DNA of 64,000 bases from an uncultured Chitinophagales bacterium (GTDB taxonomy: Bacteria; Bacteroidota; Rhodothermia; Balneolales; HLUCCA01). Position numbers and translations under genes: made by a program. Position 1 is the first letter of the stretch. Each line of letters begins with the position of its first letter. The notes under the pieces were generated by a model. The model did not search any database and was not told where the DNA came from. It saw only the letters and a program-made list of their open reading frames with translations. Positions 1 to 8,653 of the stretch are shown one piece after another. Location: the NCBI GenBank assembly GCA_964473555.1, contig CAYYPL010000008.1, positions 64,601 to 128,600 of the forward strand. Reading direction: 5' to 3'.

Positions 1-68
1 AGGACCTCAAGGGAAGACCGCTTGATTTTACCTTCCGAAGTGGCCACTAAAACTAAACATGTACTCAT
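1..68 (-). CDS. etfA: Electron transfer flavoprotein alpha subunit, N-terminal fragment (runs off window start)
   Basis: Minus-strand ATG at 68-66, 18 nt after the etfB stop. It translates to MSTCLVLVATSEGKIKRSSLEV, an EtfA-like N-terminus, in the usual etfB-etfA order. Not in the ORF track because it has no stop in the window. Confidence 0.6.
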   Translation of the reverse strand, partial: MSTCLVLVATSEGKIKRSSLEV

Positions 69-86
69 AAAATATAGATATCGGGA

Positions 87-866
87 TTAAAGGACTTTGG
101 CTTCGTTTTGGAGCAGGTCGACCAGGTTGTTTACCAGTTCTTCGGCATCGCCTTCGAATTTTTTGCCTGGTTCTCGAGCTGGAACACTTTGGTAACTAAG
201 CGTTTGAGTTTTTACGACCGTGGATTTCAGCAGGTTGATATCTACGCCGAGACCTGCCGGCTCGTAGCTTTCTACGTGTTTCTTCTTGGAAGCCATGATC
301 CCCTTGAGACTTGGGATTCGGGGGTTGTTCATATCATTTGAGCAGGTTACCAGGCAGGGCGTTGGCAGCGCGATCATTTCCTGTCCCGCATCACCCTGAC
401 GCTTTACCACAAGGGTTGTACCCTCGATTTGGAGTCCAACCGCATTAGCTGCATAAGGCAAGTTCAGATGGGTAGCAAGCATGGAGCCGGCAAGTCCCGC
501 GTCGGTATCCTGAGACTGTTTACCTACAGCTACGACATCGTAAGACTGTTTCTGGAAAAACGCCTTCAGTATGGAGGCGAAAGCGGCAGAATCGAGCCCG
601 GAGGTGTCCTCCATCACGATATGGTGACCTGTATCGGCACCCATCGCAAGAGCTTTTCGGATGGTTTCTTTGGCTTTTTCGGGTCCGATGAGAACCACTT
701 CCACGCTACCACCGAGTTTTTCGGTCAGGACCAGTGCTTCTTCGACTGCTGAAGCATCGTACGCATTGAGCACCATACGATCGGAGTCCATCGACAATTC
801 TCCGTTGCGGATTTGAATAGGAGCTGAGACGTCGGGGACTTGTTTGATACAGACGATGAATTTCAT
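87..866 (-). CDS. etfB: Electron transfer flavoprotein beta subunit
   Basis: ORF 87..989 trimmed to the internal ATG at 866 (MKFIVCIKQVPDVSAPIQI...), the canonical EtfB N-terminus. About 259 aa, typical EtfB length. Confidence 0.9.
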   Translation of the reverse strand: MKFIVCIKQVPDVSAPIQIRNGELSMDSDRMVLNAYDASAVEEALVLTEKLGGSVEVVLIGPEKAKETIRKALAMGADTGHHIVMEDTSGLDSAAFASILKAFFQKQSYDVVAVGKQSQDTDAGLAGSMLATHLNLPYAANAVGLQIEGTTLVVKRQGDAGQEMIALPTPCLVTCSNDMNNPRIPSLKGIMASKKKHVESYEPAGLGVDINLLKSTVVKTQTLSYQSVPAREPGKKFEGDAEELVNNLVDLLQNEAKVL

Positions 867-1295
867 AAATAATAGATTAAAAACGTTCTGGAACCGCTTT
901 TTTACGGTAAATACATCACTTTTTTGGACTTCCGAATTTAAGGAACATTTTAGTAAACAGAAAACAGAAAACAGTAAACGGCCCAACAATTGAGTTCACA
1001 ACGGTCAGGAGTTCAGAAAGAGCAGTTTTTTGATTACAAAGCCTACTGATTATAGATAGTGCACGGAGACCGATATATGATGATACGTTGAGTACTGCAC
1101 GTTCTGACCTTCGGGCGCTTTGCTCGCAAAAAGTTAGTGAATGGCTGATTTCGCTCGTTTCACTCACGATGTACGACCAAAGACTGCGTGGCTATGCCAC
1201 TTGTGTTTGGTCTACCATTCAGTTTACCGTTTACTTTTAGAAAAATGAGCAAACTTGTACCTAAGACACGGTTCTGCTTAAATTGGGACAAAATT

Positions 1296-2207
1296 ATGAA
1301 TCTTAATCAAACTCAAATGGTCATAACCAACACATCGCAACTGACTTTCAACCTATCAGATCTCGAGCCCATGCCACTTCCAAAAGGGGCCTTGATGGTG
1401 ACTCCTGAGCATTTTACAGTAGAATATGTCATTAATCCACACATGGAGGGTCATATTGGGAACGTGGATCGAGTCAAAGCGGCTGATGAGTGGAATCAGG
1501 TACGCAGTGCGTTTGTGAACTGTGGAGTTCAGATTCATGATATCGCGGGACAACCTGGACTTCCTGACATGGTATTCTGTGCCAACCAGAGCCTTCCATA
1601 CATTGACAAGAATGGTGTCAGGCATGTGCTGATGAGCATCATGCATGCGGATCAGCGTAAAGATGAGGTTGCATTTATCGAACAGTGGTACAGGCAAAAT
1701 GGCTATGTCATCCATCACCTCGACGATGCCCGCATCCGTGATTTCGAAGGCATGGGTGATGCAATCTGGCACACGGGCAAAAGATTGATCTGGGGCGGAT
1801 ATGGATTTCGATCGTCGCTGGATGCCTACGAAGTGGTGCACGAGAGCTTTGGAGTACCAGTCATCGCCCTGGAGCTGTTGCATCCGGCATTTTACCACCT
1901 TGATACCTGTTTTTGCATGTTGAATGAGCACACAGCTCTCATTTATCCCGGTGCGTTCACCCAAGAGGGTTTGGAGTTGATTCGAGCTGTAATTCCGAAC
2001 CTTATCGAAGCCAATCAGCATGAGGCGGAAGCGTTGTTCGCCTGCAATGCAACCTGTCCAGATGGGAAGAATGTGATTATTCAATACGGATGTACCGATG
2101 TTAATTCAAAGCTTCGCGCTGCTGGATTTACCGTTCATGAGGTGTCCACAGACGAATACCGCAAGTCGGGCGGAAGCGTGTTTTGCATGAAAATGATGGT
2201 TTTTTGA
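1296..2207 (+). CDS. Amidinotransferase / DDAH-superfamily (guanidino-group modifying) enzyme
   Basis: ORF 1188..2207 trimmed to ATG 1296. MVTPEHFTVEYVINPHM near the N-terminus and C-terminal GGSVFCMKM (catalytic Cys context) are typical of the amidinotransferase/arginine-deiminase fold. Exact substrate unknown. Confidence 0.7.
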   Translation: MNLNQTQMVITNTSQLTFNLSDLEPMPLPKGALMVTPEHFTVEYVINPHMEGHIGNVDRVKAADEWNQVRSAFVNCGVQIHDIAGQPGLPDMVFCANQSLPYIDKNGVRHVLMSIMHADQRKDEVAFIEQWYRQNGYVIHHLDDARIRDFEGMGDAIWHTGKRLIWGGYGFRSSLDAYEVVHESFGVPVIALELLHPAFYHLDTCFCMLNEHTALIYPGAFTQEGLELIRAVIPNLIEANQHEAEALFACNATCPDGKNVIIQYGCTDVNSKLRAAGFTVHEVSTDEYRKSGGSVFCMKMMVF

Positions 2208-2422
2208 TCGGTGGAGCCACCGATCAAAAAACCATGCGCACGCGTGCAGATGGTACGGAAAGTGCAGTTTAAAATCAGTGAGCAGTGAGTAGCGAGCAGA
2301 ACTGGTAAGCTGTTCATTGATCTTGCTGCCCTTCGGGCGCTTTGTGCGCAACTAAGAAGCATGGTTTATTACAAATATCTGAATAATGCGAAGCTAAAGT
2401 ATTTTTTATTATTTTGGCGGCT

Positions 2423-4150
2423 ATGGAAACATCTAGCTTAAAAACTCCGCAGCCGCACAAGCCGTTGGGCAGAAAAACGGCCTTTATGCGATTCCTTGAC
2501 ACCGTTGAGTGGTTGGGGAATCTGCTCCCTCATCCCGTTACATTATTTGCCCTTTTCGCATTCGGAATCGTGCTGATCAGTGGAATAGCCGGGTACTTTG
2601 AACTCAGTGCCATTGATCCGCGTCCGGAGGGTGCCCGTGGACGGTCACCTGACGGACTTATTACTGCTGTGAGCCTGCTGAATGGGGATGGTTTACGGCG
2701 TATTGTTGAAAATCTGGTCACTAATTTTACCTCATTTGTCCCGCTTGGAACCGTTTTGGTAGCCTTACTGGGTGTTGGAGTTGCCGAGCATTCCGGACTC
2801 ATCAGCGCTGCCATCCGTGGACTTGTTCTTAAAGCGGCAGCTTTTCGTCCATCGTATCTGGACAAGAATCAGTATCCAATACTGAGCTCAACTTCAATCG
2901 GAAATAGGTTGCTGGACATGATGATTATCGTCCAGAAACTGGCGAATTTCGTGTTGTCGCCAAAAATCCTGGTCACTGTGACCATCGTTTTTGCCGGGGT
3001 GGTGTCGAACACTGCTTCTGAAATGGGATATGTGGTATTGGTACCTTTGTCTGCCGTGGTTTTCTACGCCCTGGGCCGACATCCAATTGCCGGACTTGCA
3101 GCGGCATTTTCAGGTGTTTCGGGTGGATATTCGGCGAATTTACTCATTGGCACCGTGGATCCGTTGCTGGCTGGAATCACCCAGGAAGCAGCGCGTTTGA
3201 TTGATCCTGGATACCTGGTTCATCCTGCCGTGAACTGGTATTTTATGTTTGTAAGTACCTTTTTGATCACTATCATAGGCAGCTGGGTCACACTCAAAAT
3301 TGTAGAGCCCAAATTGGGTAAATACGACCCCAAAATTGCCAGTGAAGACTTGAGTGAAGACTCGAGTATGGATCCACTTACTGAGTCGGAGCAAAAAGGT
3401 CTGAAGTGGGCAGGACTTGCAACGCTTGGAGTGAGTATACTGATCTTTCTCTCGGTATTTCCAGAATCTGGTGTTCTACGAAATCCTGAGTCTGGGGATG
3501 TGTTGAATTCTCCGTTTCTGCGTGGAATGGTCACGCTGATTTTCGTCTTCTTTTTGATTCCAGGTTATGTGTATGGCAAGGTTACCGGTGCGTTTATTTC
3601 AGATCGTGATGTGATCGAAGGAATGTCCAAGTCGATGAGTTCTCTGGGACTATACATTGTTTTGGTGTTTTTTGCAGCTCAGTTTGTTGCGTTTTTTGGA
3701 TGGAGTAACCTGGGTCCGATTGTGGCTGTGAAAGGTGCAGACGTATTAATTGCTCTGAACCTTACTGGACCGCTGATTTTTGTTCCTTTCATTGCTATGT
3801 GCGCGGTAGTAAACCTGTCATTGGGATCTGCTTCGGCTCAATGGGCTATTACTGCACCCATTTTTGTTCCCATGTTAATGCTCATTGGGTATAGTCCGGA
3901 GGTGATTCAGGCCGCCTATCGAATCGGGGATTCCACCACAAACATCATCACGCCAATGATGAGTTATTTTGGGTTGATATTGGCATTTGCGACTCGATAT
4001 GATCGAAAATTAGGCATCGGGACCATCATTGCGACCATGCTGCCCTACACCATATTCTTTCTGATAGGCTGGGTGGCGTTGTTCTACCTTTGGGTATTTG
4101 GACTTGGAATGCCTGTTGGTCCGGAAGCACCGACCTACTACATTCCATAA
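2423..4150 (+). CDS. AbgT-family transporter (p-aminobenzoyl-glutamate / antimetabolite transporter family)
   Basis: FLDTVEWLGNLLPHPVTLF, GRHPIAGLAAAFSGVSGGYSANL and a multi-TM profile match E. coli AbgT as I recall it. First ATG at 2423; the ORF opens with TTG at 2414. Confidence 0.85.
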   Translation: METSSLKTPQPHKPLGRKTAFMRFLDTVEWLGNLLPHPVTLFALFAFGIVLISGIAGYFELSAIDPRPEGARGRSPDGLITAVSLLNGDGLRRIVENLVTNFTSFVPLGTVLVALLGVGVAEHSGLISAAIRGLVLKAAAFRPSYLDKNQYPILSSTSIGNRLLDMMIIVQKLANFVLSPKILVTVTIVFAGVVSNTASEMGYVVLVPLSAVVFYALGRHPIAGLAAAFSGVSGGYSANLLIGTVDPLLAGITQEAARLIDPGYLVHPAVNWYFMFVSTFLITIIGSWVTLKIVEPKLGKYDPKIASEDLSEDSSMDPLTESEQKGLKWAGLATLGVSILIFLSVFPESGVLRNPESGDVLNSPFLRGMVTLIFVFFLIPGYVYGKVTGAFISDRDVIEGMSKSMSSLGLYIVLVFFAAQFVAFFGWSNLGPIVAVKGADVLIALNLTGPLIFVPFIAMCAVVNLSLGSASAQWAITAPIFVPMLMLIGYSPEVIQAAYRIGDSTTNIITPMMSYFGLILAFATRYDRKLGIGTIIATMLPYTIFFLIGWVALFYLWVFGLGMPVGPEAPTYYIP

Positions 4151-4166
4151 TGTGTACCTATTTTAC

Positions 4167-5135
4167 ATGCAGCATTGTCCCATGATTTCAAAAGACCAGT
4201 TAGTGGTGGTGATTCGGTCGGCTGGAGAGCGGACTGAAGCGGTTTGCAGGGAGTTGGTCTTGCGAGAGGTTGATGAATCGCAGGTTCACCTCGTCCGAAT
4301 GATTCCATTTGAGGCTGCATTGGCTGAATCCTATAGAATCGGTATTGATAGTGGTTCAAAATGGTTGATGACATTAGATGCCGATGTGCTACTTCGGGAG
4401 CATGCCATTCGGGATTTTTTAGCTGAAGCGGATTTAATGCCCAATGGATTTTTTCATACTGAGGGTCTTGTTTACGATTATTTGACTGGAATGTACCGCA
4501 AAGCCGGGCACAGAATGTACCGCACCTCAATGCTCATTGAAGCTGTCAAATGTATTCCTTTGCCTGGAGAAGCGATCAGGCCTGAGTTTACAACCATACA
4601 GAGAATGGTTACGGCTGGATTTCCGGTCCAGGAAACCGGTATGGTTTATGGGATTCATGATTTCGAACAATTCTACTCGGATGTCTACCGTAAATGCGTT
4701 GTGCACGCATCGAAGCATGTTGAGTGGCTTCCTGAGTTGGTCAAAAGATGGAAATCGATGCTGGGATCGGATGCAGATTTTAAGGTGGCCTTACAGGCAA
4801 TTGTTGATGGTCTAACCAATTTTTCATCAATAACTGTGGACAAGAGTATCTTCTCAGAACGGTCTGTAGAAGTACTACGATTACTTGGATTGACCGAAAA
4901 GGAGACTTTATTTCAATTTGATCGTGCGGTAGAACTCGTTACTGATACCCTAACTTCATCGGGTAAGGTGCCGATTGATCTTCAAGGGACTAAAACATTC
5001 GGTATCAGGGTATCCAGAAAGAGCTTTCTCAAGAAGATGGTTCATGATCGTGGATTATTCAAAACGATGGTGTACATCCTGGGAGAGTTCACGGTACAAC
5101 TGGGCAAAAGCATCAGGCGACTTTCTGAGTCATAG
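4167..5135 (+). CDS. GT-A-fold glycosyltransferase-like protein (DXD motif)
   Basis: ORF 4098..5135 trimmed to the first ATG after the abgT stop. VVVIRSAGERT near the N-terminus and LMTLDADVLL (DXD) suggest a nucleotide-diphospho-sugar transferase fold. Weak, motif-level call only. Confidence 0.45.
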   Translation: MQHCPMISKDQLVVVIRSAGERTEAVCRELVLREVDESQVHLVRMIPFEAALAESYRIGIDSGSKWLMTLDADVLLREHAIRDFLAEADLMPNGFFHTEGLVYDYLTGMYRKAGHRMYRTSMLIEAVKCIPLPGEAIRPEFTTIQRMVTAGFPVQETGMVYGIHDFEQFYSDVYRKCVVHASKHVEWLPELVKRWKSMLGSDADFKVALQAIVDGLTNFSSITVDKSIFSERSVEVLRLLGLTEKETLFQFDRAVELVTDTLTSSGKVPIDLQGTKTFGIRVSRKSFLKKMVHDRGLFKTMVYILGEFTVQLGKSIRRLSES

Positions 5136-5793
5136 GTTTAATTGCAGTAACGTTATATCCAGTAGTCATCTCATCGCTGTAAGCTAACCTGGTAAATAGA
5201 AGCGTGAACGGTCTGTACAAAAAATAAACGACCGGTGCCATAAGGAATGAAAGTACACGTGTTCTTCTGAATGTTGATTGTACGGTTCGCATCCACAGTA
5301 CATCAATTGCCTCGAAGTAAGAGTTTCTAGGTTTAATAGTGACCTCTTCGAATTCTCGCAATAAAAACTCTAGCCCATAACGGGTGAATCTGTAAAAATC
5401 GCGCGGAGCCTCGTGAATAGGTAACATAAATGGAGTAGACAGTATCAGTTTACCTCCAACATCAAGCGCTCTTAAAAGTGTTTGTACGGCTAGATGAGGT
5501 GAATGGACGTGTTCTAAAACTTCGCATATCACGATTACATCGAATGAAGATTCTTCAAACTCGTATGTACAAATATCACCTACAATGTCGGGATTTCGGG
5601 CAGGGTCTACATCAAAAGAGAGAACGTTAAATCCGGTTTGAAGCGCAAACAGGGTTAAACGTCGATTGATTTCACCACCCGATCCTACAGTCAGAACGCG
5701 TGATCCTGATGGAATAGCAGAAAATTCACGTTCAAGAAACGAATAAAGTCCTTGCCTGGATCGATTTTTCGATAATTTTTCAAGAAGATTCAC
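5113..5793 (-). CDS. Class I SAM-dependent methyltransferase
   Basis: Motif I RVLTVGSGGE and post-II VIVICEVLEHVHSP. GTG start. The 3' end overlaps the convergent gene by 23 nt. Confidence 0.75.
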   Translation of the reverse strand: MNLLEKLSKNRSRQGLYSFLEREFSAIPSGSRVLTVGSGGEINRRLTLFALQTGFNVLSFDVDPARNPDIVGDICTYEFEESSFDVIVICEVLEHVHSPHLAVQTLLRALDVGGKLILSTPFMLPIHEAPRDFYRFTRYGLEFLLREFEEVTIKPRNSYFEAIDVLWMRTVQSTFRRTRVLSFLMAPVVYFLYRPFTLLFTRLAYSDEMTTGYNVTAIKPMTQKVA

Positions 5794-5988
5794 GGGAGTA
5801 ATAAGTTAGGGTCGGGGTAGGGTACGAATATCTCTCGAAAAATAGGATTTACGGCTCAATGAACCGTTAGGATAAACTTAATCATTCTCACCTCGCTCTG
5901 TCAAGAGAGTTACGGGCGTCTTGGGCTAAATGGTAGAATTATTTTGTAAAAGCACTATCTTTGTTGATCTTCATACTCGACAGCACCC

Positions 5989-7077
5989 ATGGAAAAAACT
6001 CCCTTTTTTATTCATATCGGAACCTGGAAAACAGGGTCATCGACGATTCAATTCAATCTACATACCGTAAAAAAACAACTTCATCAAGAAGGTCTTTTTT
6101 ATTTGTCAAAAGGGGATAAAATGGTGGTGGATGATGGGGTTATCAGGAGCTTTGAAAAACTGGAACCAGACTATATTCGCGAATCCAGATATAAACTAAG
6201 GGCCATTCTGCAAGAAAAACTCGATAAGAATCCCTCCCTGAGATTTGTTGCGAGTGCCGAAGAATTTTCCGGAGATCCTTTCAAAGCTTTCTCAAACTCT
6301 GGCTGGATCGCCCAAAATCTGTTTGAAATCACCAAAGAGCTGAATCTGGATATAAAAATCATTGTTTTTTTACGTCGTCAGGATGAGTTCATGGAGTCGA
6401 TGTATACTCAAAGTATACATTTGGGGGCTTCTCATTCGTTCGAAGAATTTTTAAGTGAGTATGAATCGGGAGCATTTGATTGGTATCGTTTAGTTGAGTC
6501 ATATGCCCAAATATTTGGTAAAGCAAATGTATATGTAATAAGGTATCATAAAGATTTTTTACCGGAAAGTGACAGTTTGCTGCATCAAATGGGTGAGGTG
6601 CTGGGAAGTCCGTTACTGAAACAGTTCAAAGGGACTAATCCACGTAATCGTGGGCTTTCCCGGGATGCACTTGAGATTACCCGAATTACAAACAACTATC
6701 TTATCAAAGAAGATCAGTACCTGTTGAGGAATATTTTTCAGGATACCAATGCTAAACAACCCTTTGAATCGTATGCTTACTTCACTCAAAGCGATCGGGT
6801 AGCGTTTTTAAAACCGTATTCGGAGTCGAATGCACGAATTGCCCGTGAGTACCTGAACATCCAGGATGAGTTGTTCCCTGTTCCAGCACCATCTGAAGAA
6901 GATTCCGATATCTATCCCGGTTTGACTGTGGAGGCGCTCGCGCTGAATTTATCCCGTGGACTGGTCACACTGAACAAGCGACTCACGGGACTGGAAAGAG
7001 ATTTGCGTTACGAGCTCAAAACGACCAGCATTCGCTACAAGATTAAGCGACTAATCAGATCAATGATTCGAAAGTAG
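5989..7077 (+). CDS. Sulfotransferase-like P-loop protein (hypothetical)
   Basis: N-terminal FFIHIGTWKTGSSTIQ resembles the 5'-PSB loop of sulfotransferase-family proteins, and VFLRRQDEFMESMY resembles the 3'-PB region. Family-level guess. Confidence 0.45.
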   Translation: MEKTPFFIHIGTWKTGSSTIQFNLHTVKKQLHQEGLFYLSKGDKMVVDDGVIRSFEKLEPDYIRESRYKLRAILQEKLDKNPSLRFVASAEEFSGDPFKAFSNSGWIAQNLFEITKELNLDIKIIVFLRRQDEFMESMYTQSIHLGASHSFEEFLSEYESGAFDWYRLVESYAQIFGKANVYVIRYHKDFLPESDSLLHQMGEVLGSPLLKQFKGTNPRNRGLSRDALEITRITNNYLIKEDQYLLRNIFQDTNAKQPFESYAYFTQSDRVAFLKPYSESNARIAREYLNIQDELFPVPAPSEEDSDIYPGLTVEALALNLSRGLVTLNKRLTGLERDLRYELKTTSIRYKIKRLIRSMIRK

Positions 7078-7196
7078 AACGTATCGAATTCCCAGTTTTC
7101 GGTCCAAGCGCGTTGAATTCGATGGCTCAATCAACTTTTACTTTTATTTTATCTGGCCAATCGGTAATTTGGCTGAAATTATCTAGCACCCAACAG

Positions 7197-7355
7197 ATGA
7201 GCAAAATCGGTATCCTTAAAGAGTTCTGGTTGTTTTTGAAAGTCAGAAAGAAATTATGGCTTGCTCCCATTGTTTTTGTACTACTCTTGTTGGGTCTGCT
7301 GATCATCGTCACCGGAAATACGGCCCTTGCACCTTTCATATACGCATTATTTTAA
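7197..7355 (+). CDS. DUF5989-family small membrane protein
   Basis: ORF 7113..7355 trimmed to ATG 7197. MSKIGILKEFWLFLKVRKKLWLAPIVFVLLLLGLLIIVTGNTALAPFIYALF matches the ~50-aa DUF5989 pattern I know (..EFW.FL+.RKK.WL.PI...LLLG.L.....S...PFIYTLF). Confidence 0.7.
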   Translation: MSKIGILKEFWLFLKVRKKLWLAPIVFVLLLLGLLIIVTGNTALAPFIYALF

Positions 7356-7387
7356 ACAGTGACGCAACCACTCAGAAATTTCATAGT

Positions 7388-7428
7388 AATCCGACTCTCT
7401 GTAAAAAGGGTAGTCGGATTTTTTTTGT
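7388..7428 (+). terminator. Rho-independent terminator after the DUF5989 gene
   Basis: AATCCGACT (7388-7396) pairs with AGTCGGATT (7412-7420), followed by a T-run to 7428. Confidence 0.6.
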
Positions 7429-7524
7429 CTTTATGTCGATTTGTCAGTAATACAACCTATTGTTTAACAATGAGTTGTGTTGCAATTTCAACCGGAATGA
7501 CCCCAACACACAATCCATCATAAC

Positions 7525-8628
7525 ATGCAAGAACGATCCAGAGCCATCCTGGCACTTTCAGACGGAACGGTAGAATACGGATACGCAATCGGACATTATG
7601 GTACAACTGGCGGCGAATTGTGCTTCAATACGAGTATGTACGGATATCAGGAAATATTCACTGATCCAAGTTATTACGGACAACTTATGATGATGACCTA
7701 TCCCCATATTGGTAACTATGGAGCATCATCGCGTGATGACGAGGCTACCAAAGTTATGGTTTCAGGAGTTGTGGTCAGAGCGTTTTCATTTGATTACAGT
7801 AATCCTATGGCCGATGAAAGCCTGAATGCATTTTTGAAGCGGAACAAAATTGTGGGGATTACAGGAATCGATACACGCAAACTGGTTCGACATATCCGAG
7901 AAAAAGGAGTCATGAACGCGGTCATTTCCAGCGATAATCTGGATGTTGACGCATTGGTTGCGCAGGCCAAAGGCTGGGTAGACATGAACGGACTGGAACT
8001 GGCATCGAAAGTGACGCGTAGTGAGGCTCAAACACTCACACGCGATGGGCATCGGTTTAAGGTCGCAGCGTTTGATTATGGAATCAAGCAGAATATCATC
8101 AACAGCTTGACCGATCGGGGTTGTAGTCTGCGTGTTTTTCCGGCTCAGGCATCATTTGAAGAAGTCATGGAGTGGAATCCAGATGGATTCTTCTTCTCTA
8201 ATGGTCCTGGTGACCCTAATCCAATGGGATATGCCATCGAGTTGGTCAACCAGGCAAAGAAAACCGGAAAACCGATGTTTGGTATTTGTCTGGGTCACCA
8301 GCTCATGGCTCTTTCTGAGGGGATCCATGTGTCAAAAATGTTTGTGGGTCACCGAGGAGCAAATCACCCGGTTAAGAACATGAACACCGGACTCGTTGAA
8401 ATCACGACTCAGAACCACGGTTTTTCAGTGGATCCAGGTTCTGTTGATCCATCGGTGGCCTCGATCAGTCACCTCAATCTGAACGATAACACCGTTGAGG
8501 GACTCGAATTCAAAAACTTCAACGGATTCAGTGTTCAGTATCATCCCGAGGCCTCACCGGGTCCACACGATTCGCGATACCTGTTCGATCAGTTTATTGA
8601 GCGCCTCAAACATTCCACATCGAATTAA
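7525..8628 (+). CDS. carA: Carbamoyl-phosphate synthase small (glutaminase) subunit
   Basis: Full-length CarA-like sequence. GATase catalytic Cys context FGICLGHQLMAL and C-terminal HPEASPGPHD. Confidence 0.95.
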   Translation: MQERSRAILALSDGTVEYGYAIGHYGTTGGELCFNTSMYGYQEIFTDPSYYGQLMMMTYPHIGNYGASSRDDEATKVMVSGVVVRAFSFDYSNPMADESLNAFLKRNKIVGITGIDTRKLVRHIREKGVMNAVISSDNLDVDALVAQAKGWVDMNGLELASKVTRSEAQTLTRDGHRFKVAAFDYGIKQNIINSLTDRGCSLRVFPAQASFEEVMEWNPDGFFFSNGPGDPNPMGYAIELVNQAKKTGKPMFGICLGHQLMALSEGIHVSKMFVGHRGANHPVKNMNTGLVEITTQNHGFSVDPGSVDPSVASISHLNLNDNTVEGLEFKNFNGFSVQYHPEASPGPHDSRYLFDQFIERLKHSTSN

Positions 8629-8653
8629 ATACACAGTCTAAAACGAATACACT

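Noticed and set aside
1108-2351. Calling the repeat-flanked amidinotransferase gene a mobile element
   Set aside because: No transposase, integrase or target-site duplication is recognisable, and the flanking motif belongs to the widespread mini-hairpin family. It is reported as an observation only.
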